Of a stretch of 64,000 nucleotides of DNA, positions 1-13,629 are shown piece after piece. Position numbers and translations under genes: made by a program. The first letter of the stretch is position 1, and every line of letters starts with the position of its first letter. The DNA comes from Utricularia gibba (lineage: Eukaryota > Plantae > Magnoliophyta). The stretch lies in NCBI GenBank assembly GCA_002189035.1, contig NEEC01000020.1, positions 248,001 to 312,000 on the forward strand. The letters are read 5' to 3'. Below the pieces are notes generated by a model, which had not been told where the DNA came from, searched no databases, and saw nothing but the letters and a program-made list of their open reading frames with translations.

Positions 1-1519
1 ACTCAACCATAGGCCCTGCAAGCGAGTTCATCCGGGAAGGTGGATTCTTGACAGATGCAGGCTTGTCAAAAGAATCCCGGGGCGACAGGCTTTGTGAACC
101 GGGAGCTCTACTATACTGAGGTCTGCAAGGAAAGAAGTGGGAATGGCTGTTGTTATGTGATGATCATGTAAACTGGAAGAACATGAGCATATCTGAACCT
201 GGGAAAGCAAGATCCTTCTGGCATATCAAGGATGTCGTTGCTGTATTCGTCGTAAATCGACAATGATGCCACAATGTAGCAGAGTCCAAACCAGAGAGAG
301 CTCTCCTGTATACAACATCAGAACATGTGATTTTAGTGAATGATACCAGTTGTATTTCTTTGAACATCTTTGCAACCTGATAGACAACCACAGCAGCATA
401 AGCTCCTAAGAAGATGCTCGACACCGCAGAACCCAAAACAGCACCAACAACAGCCGGTGGCCACAGTAAAATAGCGAGACCTGCAAAGGGCACGCATATT
501 GTCTCCAGAAACGGCCCTTCACGGCCTACACAATCATGAAACAACCGGATCCATCCTTTCACAAGCATGATGGGGCTCTTGACCAGAGCAATAACCGTAA
601 TCACCGGTAGATCAACGACTACACCTAGCGATCCGATAATCAGAGATGGTAGAAGATATAACAGTCTGCAACACACATGAAACACCACTTCAGATCAAGG
701 ACAATTTCCATGAAGCTAAAGAAGTGCTTGGTTACAATGGAGCACAAAAACACCAACCGGATCTCATAATACTTCCCCGGAGAAGGGCCTTCAAGTGCTA
801 GATCTTTCATGATTGACATGTACGAGTGGTAACAAACATCAAGGAAATCACGGACTACATTGAAGCTGTCTTTCACACTACCATATGTGCCATCCTGCCG
901 GCAAGGGAATGCAAGATAAGTCCATGAAAAAGACAGGATGCAAGCTGAGATTCATGGAAGTCAACCTACACAAACGCAGTGATAAAACTTGTCTGATCTA
1001 CCCTCTTCCACTGCCTTAAAAGTGGCAAACATGGGTGACAAAATACCATATGCAATACCAAACACAATGCTGGAGGAGATTCCAATAGGGGGCCAGGACA
1101 AAAGGGCTGCAAAAGTACACACGCAAAGAACCATCTTCAAAACTGGGCCAAATTTCTTTGTACTGCAACCAAGAAACTATGGAATCAGTATGTTGTGCAA
1201 GCTGAATTGGGATTGCAGAAATGATCAACAACATACCTTAAGATACAATAATAGGTATAAAAAAAATGGAGAGGCCAGAGTCCCAAGATGATCGCAGATA
1301 TCCCAATAGTGATTACCACAGATATCACTGGAAGCATAAGAATGCCTGAAAACAATCAACGGAGCCATCATTCCATCACTGCACAGCCAATCATTCGAAT
1401 CGAGAGAAAGGAAGTACCCACAAACCTTTGATGATACCAAGAAGGAGAAGCCCAGCGAAAAGCGGCAAGAAAACGATAAATTGCCAGAGGGAACCGAGCA
1501 ACCCCCTTCCGGGCTCCAT
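1..1519 (-). CDS. Uncharacterized multi-pass membrane protein, At3g27390-like (multi-exon; 3' part runs off the window start)
   Basis: ATG at 1519 gives MEPGRGLLGSLWQFIVFLPLFAGLLLLGIIKG, then a GT donor. Later exons encode ILMLPVISVVITIGISAIILGLWP, TKKFGPVLKMVL, VVRDFLDVCYHSY and KGWIRLFHDCVGREGPFLETICVPFAGLAILLWP, which are hallmark motifs of this family. Confidence 0.85.
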
Positions 1520-2768
1520 TCGTAGTTTACCTCCCAATCACCAAAAAATTCGCCTTCAATGAAGAACAACAAAACTTTTCCAGTCCAGCAACCCCACTTT
1601 ACCAAATGACAATGTTTTAGTTCGATCAGTTCAGCGGGTTCCCTGGTTGTTGATTCCTACACTCTTTCCGCATGTGCACACCGCATCTTTATCGGAGCTT
1701 TGCGATAGGATTACGAAAAAAGGTAGTGGGTGTTGCTGTAATTGCGCAAAATGGCTTCTCCACCAACTGGCACATAACTGCTACAATGGCCACAGCAGTT
1801 CATATCTTATATAGCAAGACCCACCTCGCGAGTTTGTACCCTTCTTCGCAATCTTCCCTGAACAGCAATTGCGTTCCACGATGACCTACTTTTCTTCACT
1901 GTTTGTCTTTTTCATTTCCACCCGAAGCTTCGTCCGCCATTGACCGACTACTCTTCCCTGAACGCTCGTGTTGCTTACTTTTACTCACATCCTTTTTACC
2001 ACGCAAAACCACTTAGACTTTCCCGTTTTCTTACAAATGATTTTTTTAAAAAAAATAAGATTATTATTATTTACATCTATTTAATATGCATATTCTCTAA
2101 ATTTATAATAAACTTTAAAAAATTTCAAAAATTAAATTTCAACTTGAATATCTAAAAATTATAAATTTATATTTCAATATCATTTTCCAATGTCAAATAT
2201 TAACAAAATAACATAAAACGTTTCAAAGATGATTTTATTAGTCAATATAATTGATTTTTAATTCATTAAATCAAATCTTTGAAATAGTTTGTATATCATT
2301 CTTTTTGTACTTATCTTCTAGTTACTTATTCTTAATCCAATAATGCGAACATTCTATTTATGTCATATTCTAGAAGAAGGCACGAGTGTTTTACAAAAAA
2401 TAATCATTTTCTATTTCTTTTTCACACGCTAAGAACAAATTTTCCATTTCTACTCATATTAGAATTAAATGATTTCGTCTCGTATTTACCTAAGTCTTGA
2501 ATATGAGGTATGATAAAAGTAGATGAATTTATAAAAACCTAATTATATTATGTGAAATAATTCTTAAAAAATGTATTTTTCAAAAATCAATCCATGTGAT
2601 CGAGGTCCAAACCCTAATTTAATTCCGTGATTATATTCTGTATTCTTATGGAGCAAGAAAAGCATTTAAAAGAAAGAAAAAAAAAGGGGAGGACTATACG
2701 TGATCGTTTGTGTGATGTCCGCAAGGGTAAGTTTTCCGGTGGTTTGATTTTGACGTTCGATCGGAACC

Positions 2769-5700
2769 ATGTACGATGCGGAGCTCAGTGATCTTTCGGA
2801 TGACGGCGATTATGAGGCTTTGATCCGACAGGTATTTGATTCAATACCTACATGACTATTGATTGCTTGATTGGTAGTAAGTGTATATATTTGTGTCGCT
2901 TTTTCCTCTCCCAGGGGTCGGCGAGCATGTACAGAACCGATAGCGGTAAGCAGAGCGAGCCGGAAGGGGCAGAGACGGTGTTTGTGAAGGATAATGTGAC
3001 GATCCACCCAACTCAATATGCATCTGAGAGCATTAGTGGCCGGTTGAGGCTGTTTAAACTAGGGGATTCTCTTTTTATGGTAATGATTTCGCAGGGGGTT
3101 GTTTTAGTCTGCCTTTTTTCTTAGTTATTTGAGTTGATTCTGGAGTAAAGATATTTTTTTGCGATTCCAAACTTCTGGAGTTAGTGGTTTGTGTTTGACT
3201 TTTAGATCGATGCTCTTGGTTACTCTTTTTTCTGAATTGAAACTTGTTTTGGGTGCTACTATTGCAATGCAGACATGGATTCCTTACAAAGGACGAAGTT
3301 CTAATGAGAAGTTGTCAGACAAAGGTGGATGTAAACAATAATTTCAGATGTATTCGTCAAAGCTAGCTCCTTTGAGATGTAGTTACCATTCATGTTTCTT
3401 TTTTTTTTTGTTGTGCAGATAAAAATCTTTATTCCATTAGGGATCTACCGTTTTCAAACATTCGATCTATACGGAAACACACTCGTGCTCTGGTTTGGCA
3501 GTATGTTATTGTGGTTACATCATCAGGTATATTTATATAAGAGCATATGACATCGAATAATTGAAGCTTTGTGATGCCTTTTGTTCTCAATAACAAGGGT
3601 TAGGGTAAAAGCGTTAGCCACCTTACACATTGCTTTGTGTTATAGGAATTGCTTTTCCTACTTTCTATTTTTACAATGGAGGGGTTCGAGATTTCCTCTC
3701 CACCATAAAGCAGCATGTTTTTCTCGAGAGGTATGTTCAGATAAATATTTTAGTTATTTCATACTATCAGTTGACCTTTTTCTTCTTAGAATTTCAGAAG
3801 CATGGATGACATAATTCAAAATTTATCTTTTTCTTTTTGTATTCCGTCTCTCGTGTTCTTGGCCTGTTTTGTGGAGATACTTATAAAAGAAATTTCATTT
3901 GCTTTCTTGAATCCCAAAATTCGAGTTAGTTTTCCTCCCTGAAAAAGGATTTCAACTTCACTTCATTCTCTAAATGCTATAATGGAAAGCTCAAGTTTGC
4001 AGACTTAAAAAAGATTTATGAATTCTCTTTTCATCATTATAAATTAAGGTTCGCTAAATGCCTAATGTATATTTTCTGAAATGTTTTGCTGTAAGAACAA
4101 AAACCGTGTCTAAGGCCAAACATAACAGCCAGCACAGCTTAGGAGCACTGTTTTCTGGCCTCGTGAATAACTCCATTTGATTGTGTGTTTGCAGGTCATC
4201 AGATGATGCAAACCTATTTCTTGTGAATGACTTTCAAAATCCTTTACAGGTACACTGCTTCTATTCTCTCTCTGGTGTTTGGTGCAATGTATGATATTTC
4301 ATGGGTTAAATACTTGTATCAGATTTACATGTGGGCACTAATATCTTTCCTGTATGGTTGTTGATTGAGTTGCATTAACTTAAGTGATCTTAATCCTTCA
4401 TTTATGCAGAGAACGCTGTCCTCATTGGAGATTCATGGCACTGTTTCTGCGGCCAATCTTCCATCCCCTTCTGTAGCCAATGGAGCAGCCTCAACTGATT
4501 TTCAAGAAGAGGGTGATAAGGATATGAACTCTAGACATTCTGAACCGAAAAGCAGTGGAAAGCAAAGGCAAAAACATCATGATTCTGCTCGGGACCTTTC
4601 AATTCAGGTACTAGAGAAATTCTCACTTGTTACACGGTTCGCTCGTGAAACAACATCCCAGATTTTTGGTGAAACATTCGGTGATGAATTTGCTTCTCAA
4701 GAGACGAAATATAGCCAGTTGGTTCCATCTAATCACCTTATACCTGAGGATACCTCCAGAGTTGGTGAAGCTTTGACAGCACCAAGCTCCAGAGAAGTAA
4801 TTTTTTGAAATCTATTCTATATCGGGTTATACATTTTTGGCTTTGTTATATCTTTAATGAAACCTTTTCGCCTCATAGTTGTTAAAGTGTTTTATAATAT
4901 TTATATCCATTGCAGCTGGACAAATTATCATTAGTGTGGGGAAAGCCACGCCAGTCACCATTGGCTCATAAAGAGGTATCTTGTTTATCAAATGATTTAG
5001 GATTTCTCATGACATTTTTCATTATCAAAATTGCATAGAGCATGTCCTAGCTGTTTGAACAGAATCTCCCTTCCCTGTATTTTGAGATGACATCGAGTTA
5101 CTTTGTTTTTCTCTCATGATCTTTCACTTTGTTCTGGTTTTGAGTCTGACTATCGCCAGTGATATGAATTGAGTAACAGAATTATGGTTTTCCCTTGCAT
5201 CATGGTTATGAAATTTATACTTGCAGTGGAACACCTTCCTTGATTCGGAAGGGAGGGTTTTGGATTCACTTGCTGCACGAAAAAGAATATTTTATGGGGG
5301 AATAGAGCATGATTTGCGGAATGAGGTCTGCCTTCTGTAATACTGTTGTTGCCTATCTTTCGGATGCTCATGGCTGTCCAGTTTATGTACTATTTTTCCG
5401 TCGTAACTTCTTTTCTGCTGTAATTTTCTGTCCACAGGTTTGGACATTTTTGTTAGGGTTTTATTCATACGATTCAACATATGCTGAGAGAGAATATCTC
5501 ATGTCAGTAAAGAAGACAGAGTATGAAACTCTAAAAAAGCAGTGGCAGGTTTGTTTGCACAGTCAGAGAATTTAAGTTTGATATAATTGCTACTTATTTA
5601 TGTGGTAGGTCCGGCTTATTTTATTTACATAAGATACAAACTTACATTCTTTTCTGTTCAGAGTATTTCAAGGGATCAAGCAAAAAGGTTTACAAAGTTC

Positions 5701-6945
5701 AGGGAGAGGAAAAGCCTCATTGAGAAGGATGTGGTACGCTATGAATGTAAATTTTTGATAAAAGACGGAAACAATATGCGGAGACATGTGTTGAATTAAC
5801 CATTTCCTCTTCTTTTTGTTTCAAGGTGAGGACAGATAGGGCACTCTCGTTCTATGATGGAGATGATAACCCCAATGTGCAATTGTTACATGACATACTG
5901 TTGACATACTCATTTTTCAACTTCGATCTTGGGTATTGCCAGGTAGTAAAATGCATTTCCGGATTTTATACATATTTCGCTCTGACTTTTTACTTAGCTT
6001 GATCCTTTTTGCAACTTTTAGGGTATGAGTGATCTTCTCTCGCCAATTTTGTATGTGATGAGGGATGAAGCCCTGTCCTTTTGGTGCTTCGCTTCGCTAA
6101 TGGAACGCCTTGGACCTAATTTCAATCGTGATCAGAGTGGGATGCACTCGCAACTTTTTGCACTATCAAAGGTTACATACACCCTGTGTTTATTAAGTGC
6201 ATCAATATATTTTACAAGCATATCAACCGTTCGATGTCTTTTCACTCAAATGCTTGTTATCTAATGAATTACTTCACTGTAATTCTTGGGAAGCTAAAAA
6301 AGGGGTCACCACATCTAGCCTGGATTGTACGATTCATGTATCATTTTAGTATGAGAGTGCAAAGTCGATGATTATGGCCATCCTTTGACATGATATATGT
6401 TTTATTTAGTTCTCTCTTTCTGGTGCAGCTGGTACAACTATTGGACACTCCATTGCACAACTATTTTAATCAGACCGACTGCTTGAACTATTTCTTCTGT
6501 TTCCGCTGGCTCTTGATACAGTTCAAAAGGTAACTCTTGCTCCTTTTTTGTTTAATAGTGTTTGCTTTCAGTATCCACGTATAAAGCCATGGGTGCCTCT
6601 TGTTCCAGGGAATTCGATTATGATAGCACAATGCGGTTGTGGGAAATTCTCTGGACCCACTACCCATCCGAGCATCTTCACCTGTACACCTGCGTTGCGA
6701 TACTGAAGAGATATCGGAACAAGATAATCGGAGAACAGATGACTTTTGATGCACTACTGAAGTTCATCAATGAGCTCAGTGGCCATATTGATCTCGATCC
6801 AATTATCAGAGATGCCGAAGCACTTTGCATCTGTGCTGGTGAAAATGGGGCTGCCTCCATCCCTCCAGGAACTCCACCCTCGCTCCCCATAGTCGACCCC
6901 GATGCCTCCATATACCAGCAGATCGATGACGATGATGTACTCTGA
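2769..6945 (+). CDS. TBC-domain Rab GTPase-activating protein (TBC1D15/17, Gyp7-like), multi-exon
   Basis: Starts MYDAELSDLSDDGDYEALIRQ. Exons encode VFVKDNVTIHPTQYASESISGRL, LSIQVLEKFSLVTRFARETT, IEKDVVR, GMSDLLSPIL and FCFRWLLIQFKREF; the last exon reads LRLWEILWTHYPSEHLHLY...DDDDVL* (stop at 6945). Confidence 0.92.
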
Positions 6946-7342
6946 ACCAACATTCCAAGAACCAAGCCTATGGGAACAACCAGGGAATCAGGAGAAGGAT
7001 CAGCTTCATCTCTAGACCTCATGGACTTGCCAATTCATTTCCCCTTTGCGGTGGTAAGCACACTTTTCCAAAGCTGTGTTGCTGCTTGCTGTTTATCCAC
7101 ATTTCTTCAGATGTCCTAACTGTTGTCCTGTCTATAAATATTGGGTTGCTTTAATCCTTTGTAGAGAATGTACGTATTTCTCAATACCATATAAAATAAA
7201 TTTTGATTTCCTTTTGCATGTCATAGTTCATGTAGTATGAACATTATCGGCTCGAATAGTTGGATTAATCAGTTGTTGGTTTATCGAACCTGAGAACCTA
7301 AAACCGTCTGTTGGTTTTAGTAGTTGCACCCCTACTCAGGCA

Positions 7343-9572
7343 CTAGTGAAAGAACATCTTGTGGCACCTCCTGGATCCAAGCTCCTCATAGTCGCTCTTG
7401 GTGATGCACATGGCTTCGAAGCCAGGACTGGACACCAAGAGGGAGCCCCCACGCCATGCTCCCAGGATCGGACTGCAGAGGAGGATGCAGCAGTCAGAGA
7501 AGAGAACAAAGCTTCCTATTCTACTGATAACTGAAGGACATTCAACATTACTCTTCCTGCATCGTTATCTCGACTCCGTGGTGATCGGGGACGAGTGCGC
7601 GAATCTCTCTTTCTCTGCATCTCTTAAGAAAGATGGAATCAGAGGATGGTTGACAAGGATCAGACATGGATGGATGCTTACAGTCTTTGAGCAAACTGAG
7701 GAAACAATGTGCTACCACCAGTCAAGATGATGCTGCAAAAGGAGGTTCATCAGAGTTCAGGAATTGAAACCTTTTGGGAAAAATTTTGGATACAAATACC
7801 TTTGGTATAGAACGGGGCGAAGATGAGAATGACAAGAATTCACTGCTCGGACGACGCACTCCGCGAGCCCAGCCTGGTTCATCCCTAGCATGATTCATCC
7901 ATGTTAGCAGCTATCAGAGAACTAATGTGAAGCAGTAGTTCTCTGTTCAGCATCAAGAGAGGTATGAAACAAGTGCAAGCTCCTATGCTCTCTCACAGCA
8001 ATCTAAACCGAAGAAAAATCCACTGATCTTTTAGAGTTGCACACATTTCATCATGCAGCCAACAGATGACATCAAGTAAAAGAGACCTAAATCCGCAGGG
8101 CGAAACAACATCTCTGGAACGAGGAACCTCTCATTTGTTAGGTTAAACTCCTGTCAAGAAAGTATGATAACATTTTAATACTAAACAGGTAGAGAGAAAG
8201 GGCAAAAGGGAACTAAAACTGATACTGTTTTTGTGAGATCAGTTGCTCTTCCATGCAGGTTTTTACTGTGGGAATCGTCTTGTTTTCCATTTGGGAAAGA
8301 AGATGCATCCTGCAACGCCAGGTATCTTTTGGCTTCATCTGGATTTTTTACAAACCCCTTCGTGTTAGTGACACCATCAGGAAGAACATAAGTGCACCTA
8401 ACCAGGTTATCCATCCCCGATCTCCTGTAGGACATTAAAACTATGGAATTTGAGGAAGCTTTTACAGCAGGAATCGCCATGAAGTGTTTACATCAATGCA
8501 AGATAAGCATAAGTTTGATGTGAAGACACTTAAGTCATCTTGCTAAAGAGCCCAACTCAGCACTGATGAAGGCCAGTCAGAAGTCCACAAGAGCTTAACC
8601 AAGGAACAATATAAAGCAATGAAACTGTCTGCACACCAAGAAGAATGGGGATAGCAGTATCTGATTGAAGCCAGGAACTTTGTGAAGGGAGTGTGAAGTT
8701 GGGAGTAGCGAACAGCAGAAAGCTCTGACTAAGGAATTCTATTCCTTGAAAAATACCATAAAGGAGACTAGTGTTTGCCTGCAGTGAGTTGGCCTGGCCA
8801 CTGCAATAGCAATCTCTAAACCTACTGAACAGGAAATTTGTTTGGAAAAACAAGAGACTCATAAGATTGGACATCCAGACCTCGCAATGTTGAGGTCCCT
8901 TTCAAGATCAAGAGAGACAAAGCAAAGCTTCTCCTTGACATCATCCATGATGAAGCTCTCATCCATCACATTCACACTTCTGTAACTCACCAGTTCCTTG
9001 AGGTAATTCGTCAGCGCCTTCCCCCCAATGTCCACCCGCTTGACGCCATAGTTCAGGGTAAAGTTCTGGAAAACAGGGGCGACATGGGTGAAGCTGAAGC
9101 CACAGTCCACAACCAAGCTGCATTGGGCTTTGGACATAAGGCCATAGGGTTTCCTGGATGCCTCGTACAAATGCACCAGAGAGGGGGAATCGGCGATGAA
9201 AAGGGATTTGAAGCTGAACTCCTCGAAGATGATTTCATCAAGAGAACGCTGAACGGAAGGCGGGGTGAACAGGGGCTGGGTCAGGAGAAGGGAAACGTTG
9301 GGAGGATGGATTCTGAGAAGATGGGTGAAAAGATGTGCCCAGATTGAAGACTGCAAATCGGGGTTGATAACATACCCACGGTCTAGCGGGCGGCGGATGG
9401 CGGCGGAAGTGAGGTCCTCCGTTTGGGAGAGGAGTTGATCGGCGAGAAGCCATTTCTTAGAGGACGGAGGGCGCGCGGTGCAATTGGGGACTACGCAAGC
9501 TGGGTCACTTTCTCCACCAAATCCTGCTTTTATCAGCCCACCGCCGTTGTCCAGCACCACCACCTGAGACAT
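7343..9572 (-). CDS. ARP6: Actin-related protein 6 (SWR1 complex)
   Basis: MSQVVVLDNGGGLIKAGFGGE...VVDCGFSFTHVAPVFQNFTLNY. Later exons: LTNERFLVPEMLFRPADLG, MNQAGLAECVVRAV, IILTGGSTLFPQF, PILGAWRGGSLL...CHKMFFH* (TAG at 7345-7343). Confidence 0.96.
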
Positions 9573-9759
9573 CTCCGCCGCCGCGCTGCTCGCAAATCTC
9601 CTAAATGACGAGGGTTTACTATTTATTAAAGAATCTAGCTTGATATCAGAATGGCTGACTTGGGCCGTCGCCTCTTCAGCGAATCCAAGTTCAGAGCTTT
9701 AAATCTCCCGTTGGCTCTCAGACTTCAACTAACAGTTTCCGAGTAAGCGGTTATGTATT
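9573..9759. promoter_or_regulatory. Very short head-to-head spacer shared by ARP6 and the unknown gene
   Basis: Divergent ATGs 187 bp apart; site II TGGGCC at 9661-9666; partial telo-box (AGGGTTT) at 9611-9617. Confidence 0.55.
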
Positions 9760-11399
9760 ATGATGTCAGCGCGGCCGCCGGAACTGGAATTCGAAGCCCG
9801 TCAGCTAACGCTTCCGAATCATGTCTACGGGCAATCCCCACAAGCCTCCTCCTTTCTCTACGACCCAATTTCTACTTCACTTGCACTTCGCTATTCAGAC
9901 ACTTCTTTCGGTCTATACCCATCTTTTTCCCCCTTTTCTCAGAATTCCTTTCCGGCGCCGCCGCCCAAGTCAGTTGTGTCTTCTCCCACTTCCGGAGCTG
10001 CTTTCTTTCACCTCCGGACAGGTTCCTGCCCGGTGGAAACACTGTTCACTGTCTCATCTCCAGTGCTGCGTCCCGCTCCCGGGGTATTCCTCTCCTTCTA
10101 TCTGCTGCGCGACAAACGCTTTGTTAAACTGAGAGCTGTATCCAAACACAAGGATTTCGAGTTCGATCCCGGTAAATGTGGGATTTTGTTCAAGGTGAAC
10201 AATGGGGTGTCCATCAAGTTGTCGGCAGGAGTCAATATGCTCACCTTGTACTCTGTTGTGAATCCAAAGATTTGGGTTTTGGCAGTGAGATTGACTAAGG
10301 ACGAGGCCAATCAGGAAGCTTTAAAGCTCATGAAGTTCGCTGTCATTGACTGCAGCATGCCTGTTTTTACAGCTGAGATTTTTTCTGGGCTACTGGTTCT
10401 TGGAGAGGAAAATGGTGTTAGAGTCTTCTCGTTGCAGATTCTGGTTAATGACAATCACAAGAAGGCAAAGAAGCGCCTTGGAAAGACCTCTGATCCAGGT
10501 TTGATGTAGTTTTGGGTCCAAAAAACCTGTCTTTGGCTTTGATTGTTTCAGCAACTTATTATGCATTGTAAGCCGCAGTGAAGCCAAGATCTATCAAGCT
10601 GAGACAAGATTCAGGAAACACGGGAGTATTCTTTGTGCCGTTTGAGGCCATGGATGCCGCAGGCGCAAAGGTGACAGGAAGGCAAATTAAGGCTCTTTCT
10701 GTTCATGCACTGTCTTCTGGATGCATTGTGGTTTTAGACTCCTTTGGAGATGTCCATCTTCTACGCCTTCTGCACGCCGAGAACCGATCCAATATTCTTT
10801 TCAGCATGAAGCGTTTAAGTCTGGCCATGAAACTTCAAAAACTGGCTGTTCTCCAGGATGCTTCCTCAGGTTTGGTTTTGATTATCATCATACGTTTTCT
10901 CTAGTAGCCAGAAATTGAGGCTTCTATGCCATTTATGCAGCAACTCATAAGATTTGGATGTCGGATGGGAGTCATACGGTCCATCTTTTGAAGCTTTCTG
11001 GTCTAGATGCTTCTTCTGATCAGGCCGAGAAGAAAGAATCATCAGAAACCGAGTTTCGAACCACAGGTTTGATGTGTTGCTTATCTCCTTTTTTGCATCA
11101 AGATGCAATTTTGAGATTTCCTGAACTTCAAATCATAGTCTGGCTTTTTACCCTCAGGATCATCGTTTTAAGTTTGTTGTGGGCAGTTACTCAGGCAATT
11201 TTCACCAGTGAGAAGATTCAAGAGATTTTGCCTTTAGATGCTGATTCTCTACTGGTTCTTGGGCAAGGTAACCAGCAACTACACCAGACGCTCTTCTGTG
11301 TTTTCATAGCTGCCGAGTGGCATTGCGCATTAGGTTTCTACTGAAAAAAAGGGACTTGATTCATTTGCAGGTAGCTTGTTTGCCTACAGAACCCCCTGA
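9760..11399 (+). CDS. Conserved plant protein of unknown function, probably beta-rich or repeat-like; multi-exon
   Basis: 249-aa first exon (SSFLYDPISTSLALRYSD...LVLGEENGVRVFSL). Spliced exons follow: KPRSIKLRQDSG, IWMSDGSHTVH, VTQAIFTSEKIQEILPL, and terminal GSLFAYRTP* (TGA 11397-11399), with canonical GT-AG borders. Confidence 0.75.
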
Positions 11400-11818
11400 A
11401 CTCATGTTGTTTGGTGAGTTTCCTGCACAACAGAAATCACTAATGGACTCTACAAACTGAAAAACAGAGGCTTCCCCCATTCTCAAAGCTTATCTGGATT
11501 TAGCATCTGTGGTTGGTGTAAAAAATCTGGCCTCGCTCTCTGCATAACATGCGTTTTGCATTCCAGGGCCAAATGCCAAACACAAGGAGCCTTTCGTGTG
11601 CCGGACTTCTCAGTGATCTGGATGAAGATCATAAGATCAACCATAGAGAACAAGACCTGAGAAACTGGTTTGGGACAGGCAGCCAACACGATCTCCAGTC
11701 ATCAAGAAGCACATTTGCTTGATTATCCCCACTGATCACTTCAAACTTTCGAGGGCAAGATGAAGAGGGATGGACAGAAGGCAGTCCAAGGTGTGATAAT
11801 ATATGTGTTGTAATAAGA

Positions 11819-13441
11819 TTATCTCTCAACATGTGATTCATGTTCATGTTCACGAAACCAGAACCTGAGATCATTTTCATCAACTGAACTAAAGCCGCGT
11901 TCTTTGTCCACACCGTTTGTTTCCATAAGTCTCCTTGTAGCTTCTGCTCTGCACCATTCCTCAGTTGATGCATATATATTTGACAACAGAACATAGTCAC
12001 CACTATGATCACGTCTTAATTCAAGCAACCGCTCATTGGCACGTCTGCCCAGTTCAACATTACGATGAATTCGACAAGCACCAAGAAGGGTTCTCCAGAT
12101 AACAGCGTTCGGTTTAAAGCACATTGTGTCAATGAAATCAAAAGCTTCGTTTAACATCCCTGCCCGCCCCAACAAATCTACCATGCATCCATAGTGCTTC
12201 AAGTTGGGCTGAAGGTTATACACATCTTGCATCATGTCGAAGTATGCCCGGCCATCATTGACCTTCCCTGAAAGGCTACAAGCCACCAGTATGCCAACAA
12301 AAGTAATCTCATTAGGAGAAAACTTGGTTTTCCTCATTTCTTGGAAAATGGATATGGACTTCTCTGTACAGCCGCTGAAAGCTAAGCCAACAATTATGGA
12401 GTTCCACGTTGCCAAATCCCTTTCTTTCATACTATAGAACACATGGAGTGCCTTCTCGGTGCAGCCACACTTTGCGTACATGTCAATGAGTGCATTCCAT
12501 AGAAAGATGCTTACTCCTTCACCCATATCCAACATGGAGGCATGAATCTTCTCTCCAACATCCAAAGCTCCTAAACTTGCACATACTGATAAGAGACATA
12601 GCATTGTAACCTCATCAGGGCATTCATTGATGCGTCTCATGTCTTCATAAACTTGTAACGCCTTTTGATAATCCCCTTTAGAAACATAACCCGAAATCAT
12701 TGCATTCCAGGTTACGACGTCTCTCTTAGGAGCCAAATGGAACAACTCACTGGCAGTCTCCATCTCACCTTGCTTCACATAGCCTGTGATCATAACATTC
12801 CACGAAATCAAATCCTTGACAGGCATTCCATCAAAAAGCTCTCTCGCCATACGCAAATCCCCCCTTCTAGCATACCCCGCAGTCAAAGCAGACCATGACA
12901 CAACATCAGTTTTCATCGTACACGTATGAAACAGCTCCGTTGCAATTCTTATATCCCCAACATTCGAGTGAAAGTAAATAAGAGCGTTCCTGACGAACTT
13001 ATTCTGCTCAAACCCCTGTTTTACAACCTTCCCATGTATCACATTTCCCGTCTCAATCCAGCCAAGCCTCGAACACGCCTTGAGCACGAAAGGGAAAGTG
13101 TACTGATCAGGGCGAACGCAATGGCTTTCCATTTGAGCAAAGAGGGAGATCGCCAAGTGAGGTTTAGGGCTTTGAGCTGAGCCCCTAAGCATGGTGTTCC
13201 ACATGAAGTGATCTCTTTCCGAGATTTCGTCGAACAGTTTGTGAGCATAGTCGATGGAGGTTTGCATTGGAACAGCAGCAGCATAAACAAGTTCTCTAAG
13301 AGCAAAACGATCGGCATTAAATCCATGTACGATCATAAAACCATGAATTTGCTTCAGAACCCTGAAACTTTTGCAGCTTCGCCACAATGGTGAGCTCTGA
13401 TGGAAGCACAAGCTCTCCGATGTTGTTCTCTTTCTGATCAT
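11819..13441 (-). CDS. Pentatricopeptide-repeat protein, PLS class E subgroup (At5g15300-like), single exon, 540 aa
   Basis: Intronless ORF with PLS repeats (DVVSWSALTAGY, DVVTWNAMISGY, HYGCMVDLLGRAG) and an E domain (AVIWRTLLGACRIH, GDYVLLSNIYA); no DYW domain. Confidence 0.95.
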   Translation of the reverse strand: MIRKRTTSESLCFHQSSPLWRSCKSFRVLKQIHGFMIVHGFNADRFALRELVYAAAVPMQTSIDYAHKLFDEISERDHFMWNTMLRGSAQSPKPHLAISLFAQMESHCVRPDQYTFPFVLKACSRLGWIETGNVIHGKVVKQGFEQNKFVRNALIYFHSNVGDIRIATELFHTCTMKTDVVSWSALTAGYARRGDLRMARELFDGMPVKDLISWNVMITGYVKQGEMETASELFHLAPKRDVVTWNAMISGYVSKGDYQKALQVYEDMRRINECPDEVTMLCLLSVCASLGALDVGEKIHASMLDMGEGVSIFLWNALIDMYAKCGCTEKALHVFYSMKERDLATWNSIIVGLAFSGCTEKSISIFQEMRKTKFSPNEITFVGILVACSLSGKVNDGRAYFDMMQDVYNLQPNLKHYGCMVDLLGRAGMLNEAFDFIDTMCFKPNAVIWRTLLGACRIHRNVELGRRANERLLELRRDHSGDYVLLSNIYASTEEWCRAEATRRLMETNGVDKERGFSSVDENDLRFWFREHEHESHVER

Positions 13442-13629
13442 TTCACCGATTCAGTAGCTCGATAAAAGCCTCTTTATATATATGGGCCTTAAACGGGCCT
13501 GGAATAGATGTGGCCCATAAAAATTTCTTAAATTGGAATGCAGCCTATTTGTGCTCAGGCCCAAATGCTTTCTTTGGAAAGCTTTTCTTACCCCTGCGCC
13601 TTGTGGAGATATTTTGCGTTCACTTCGCC
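13442..13629. promoter_or_regulatory. Bidirectional promoter PPR / CRS1 with site II elements
   Basis: Divergent ATGs 188 bp apart; TGGGCC at 13483-13488; GGCCCA at 13512-13517 and 13558-13563. Confidence 0.65.
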
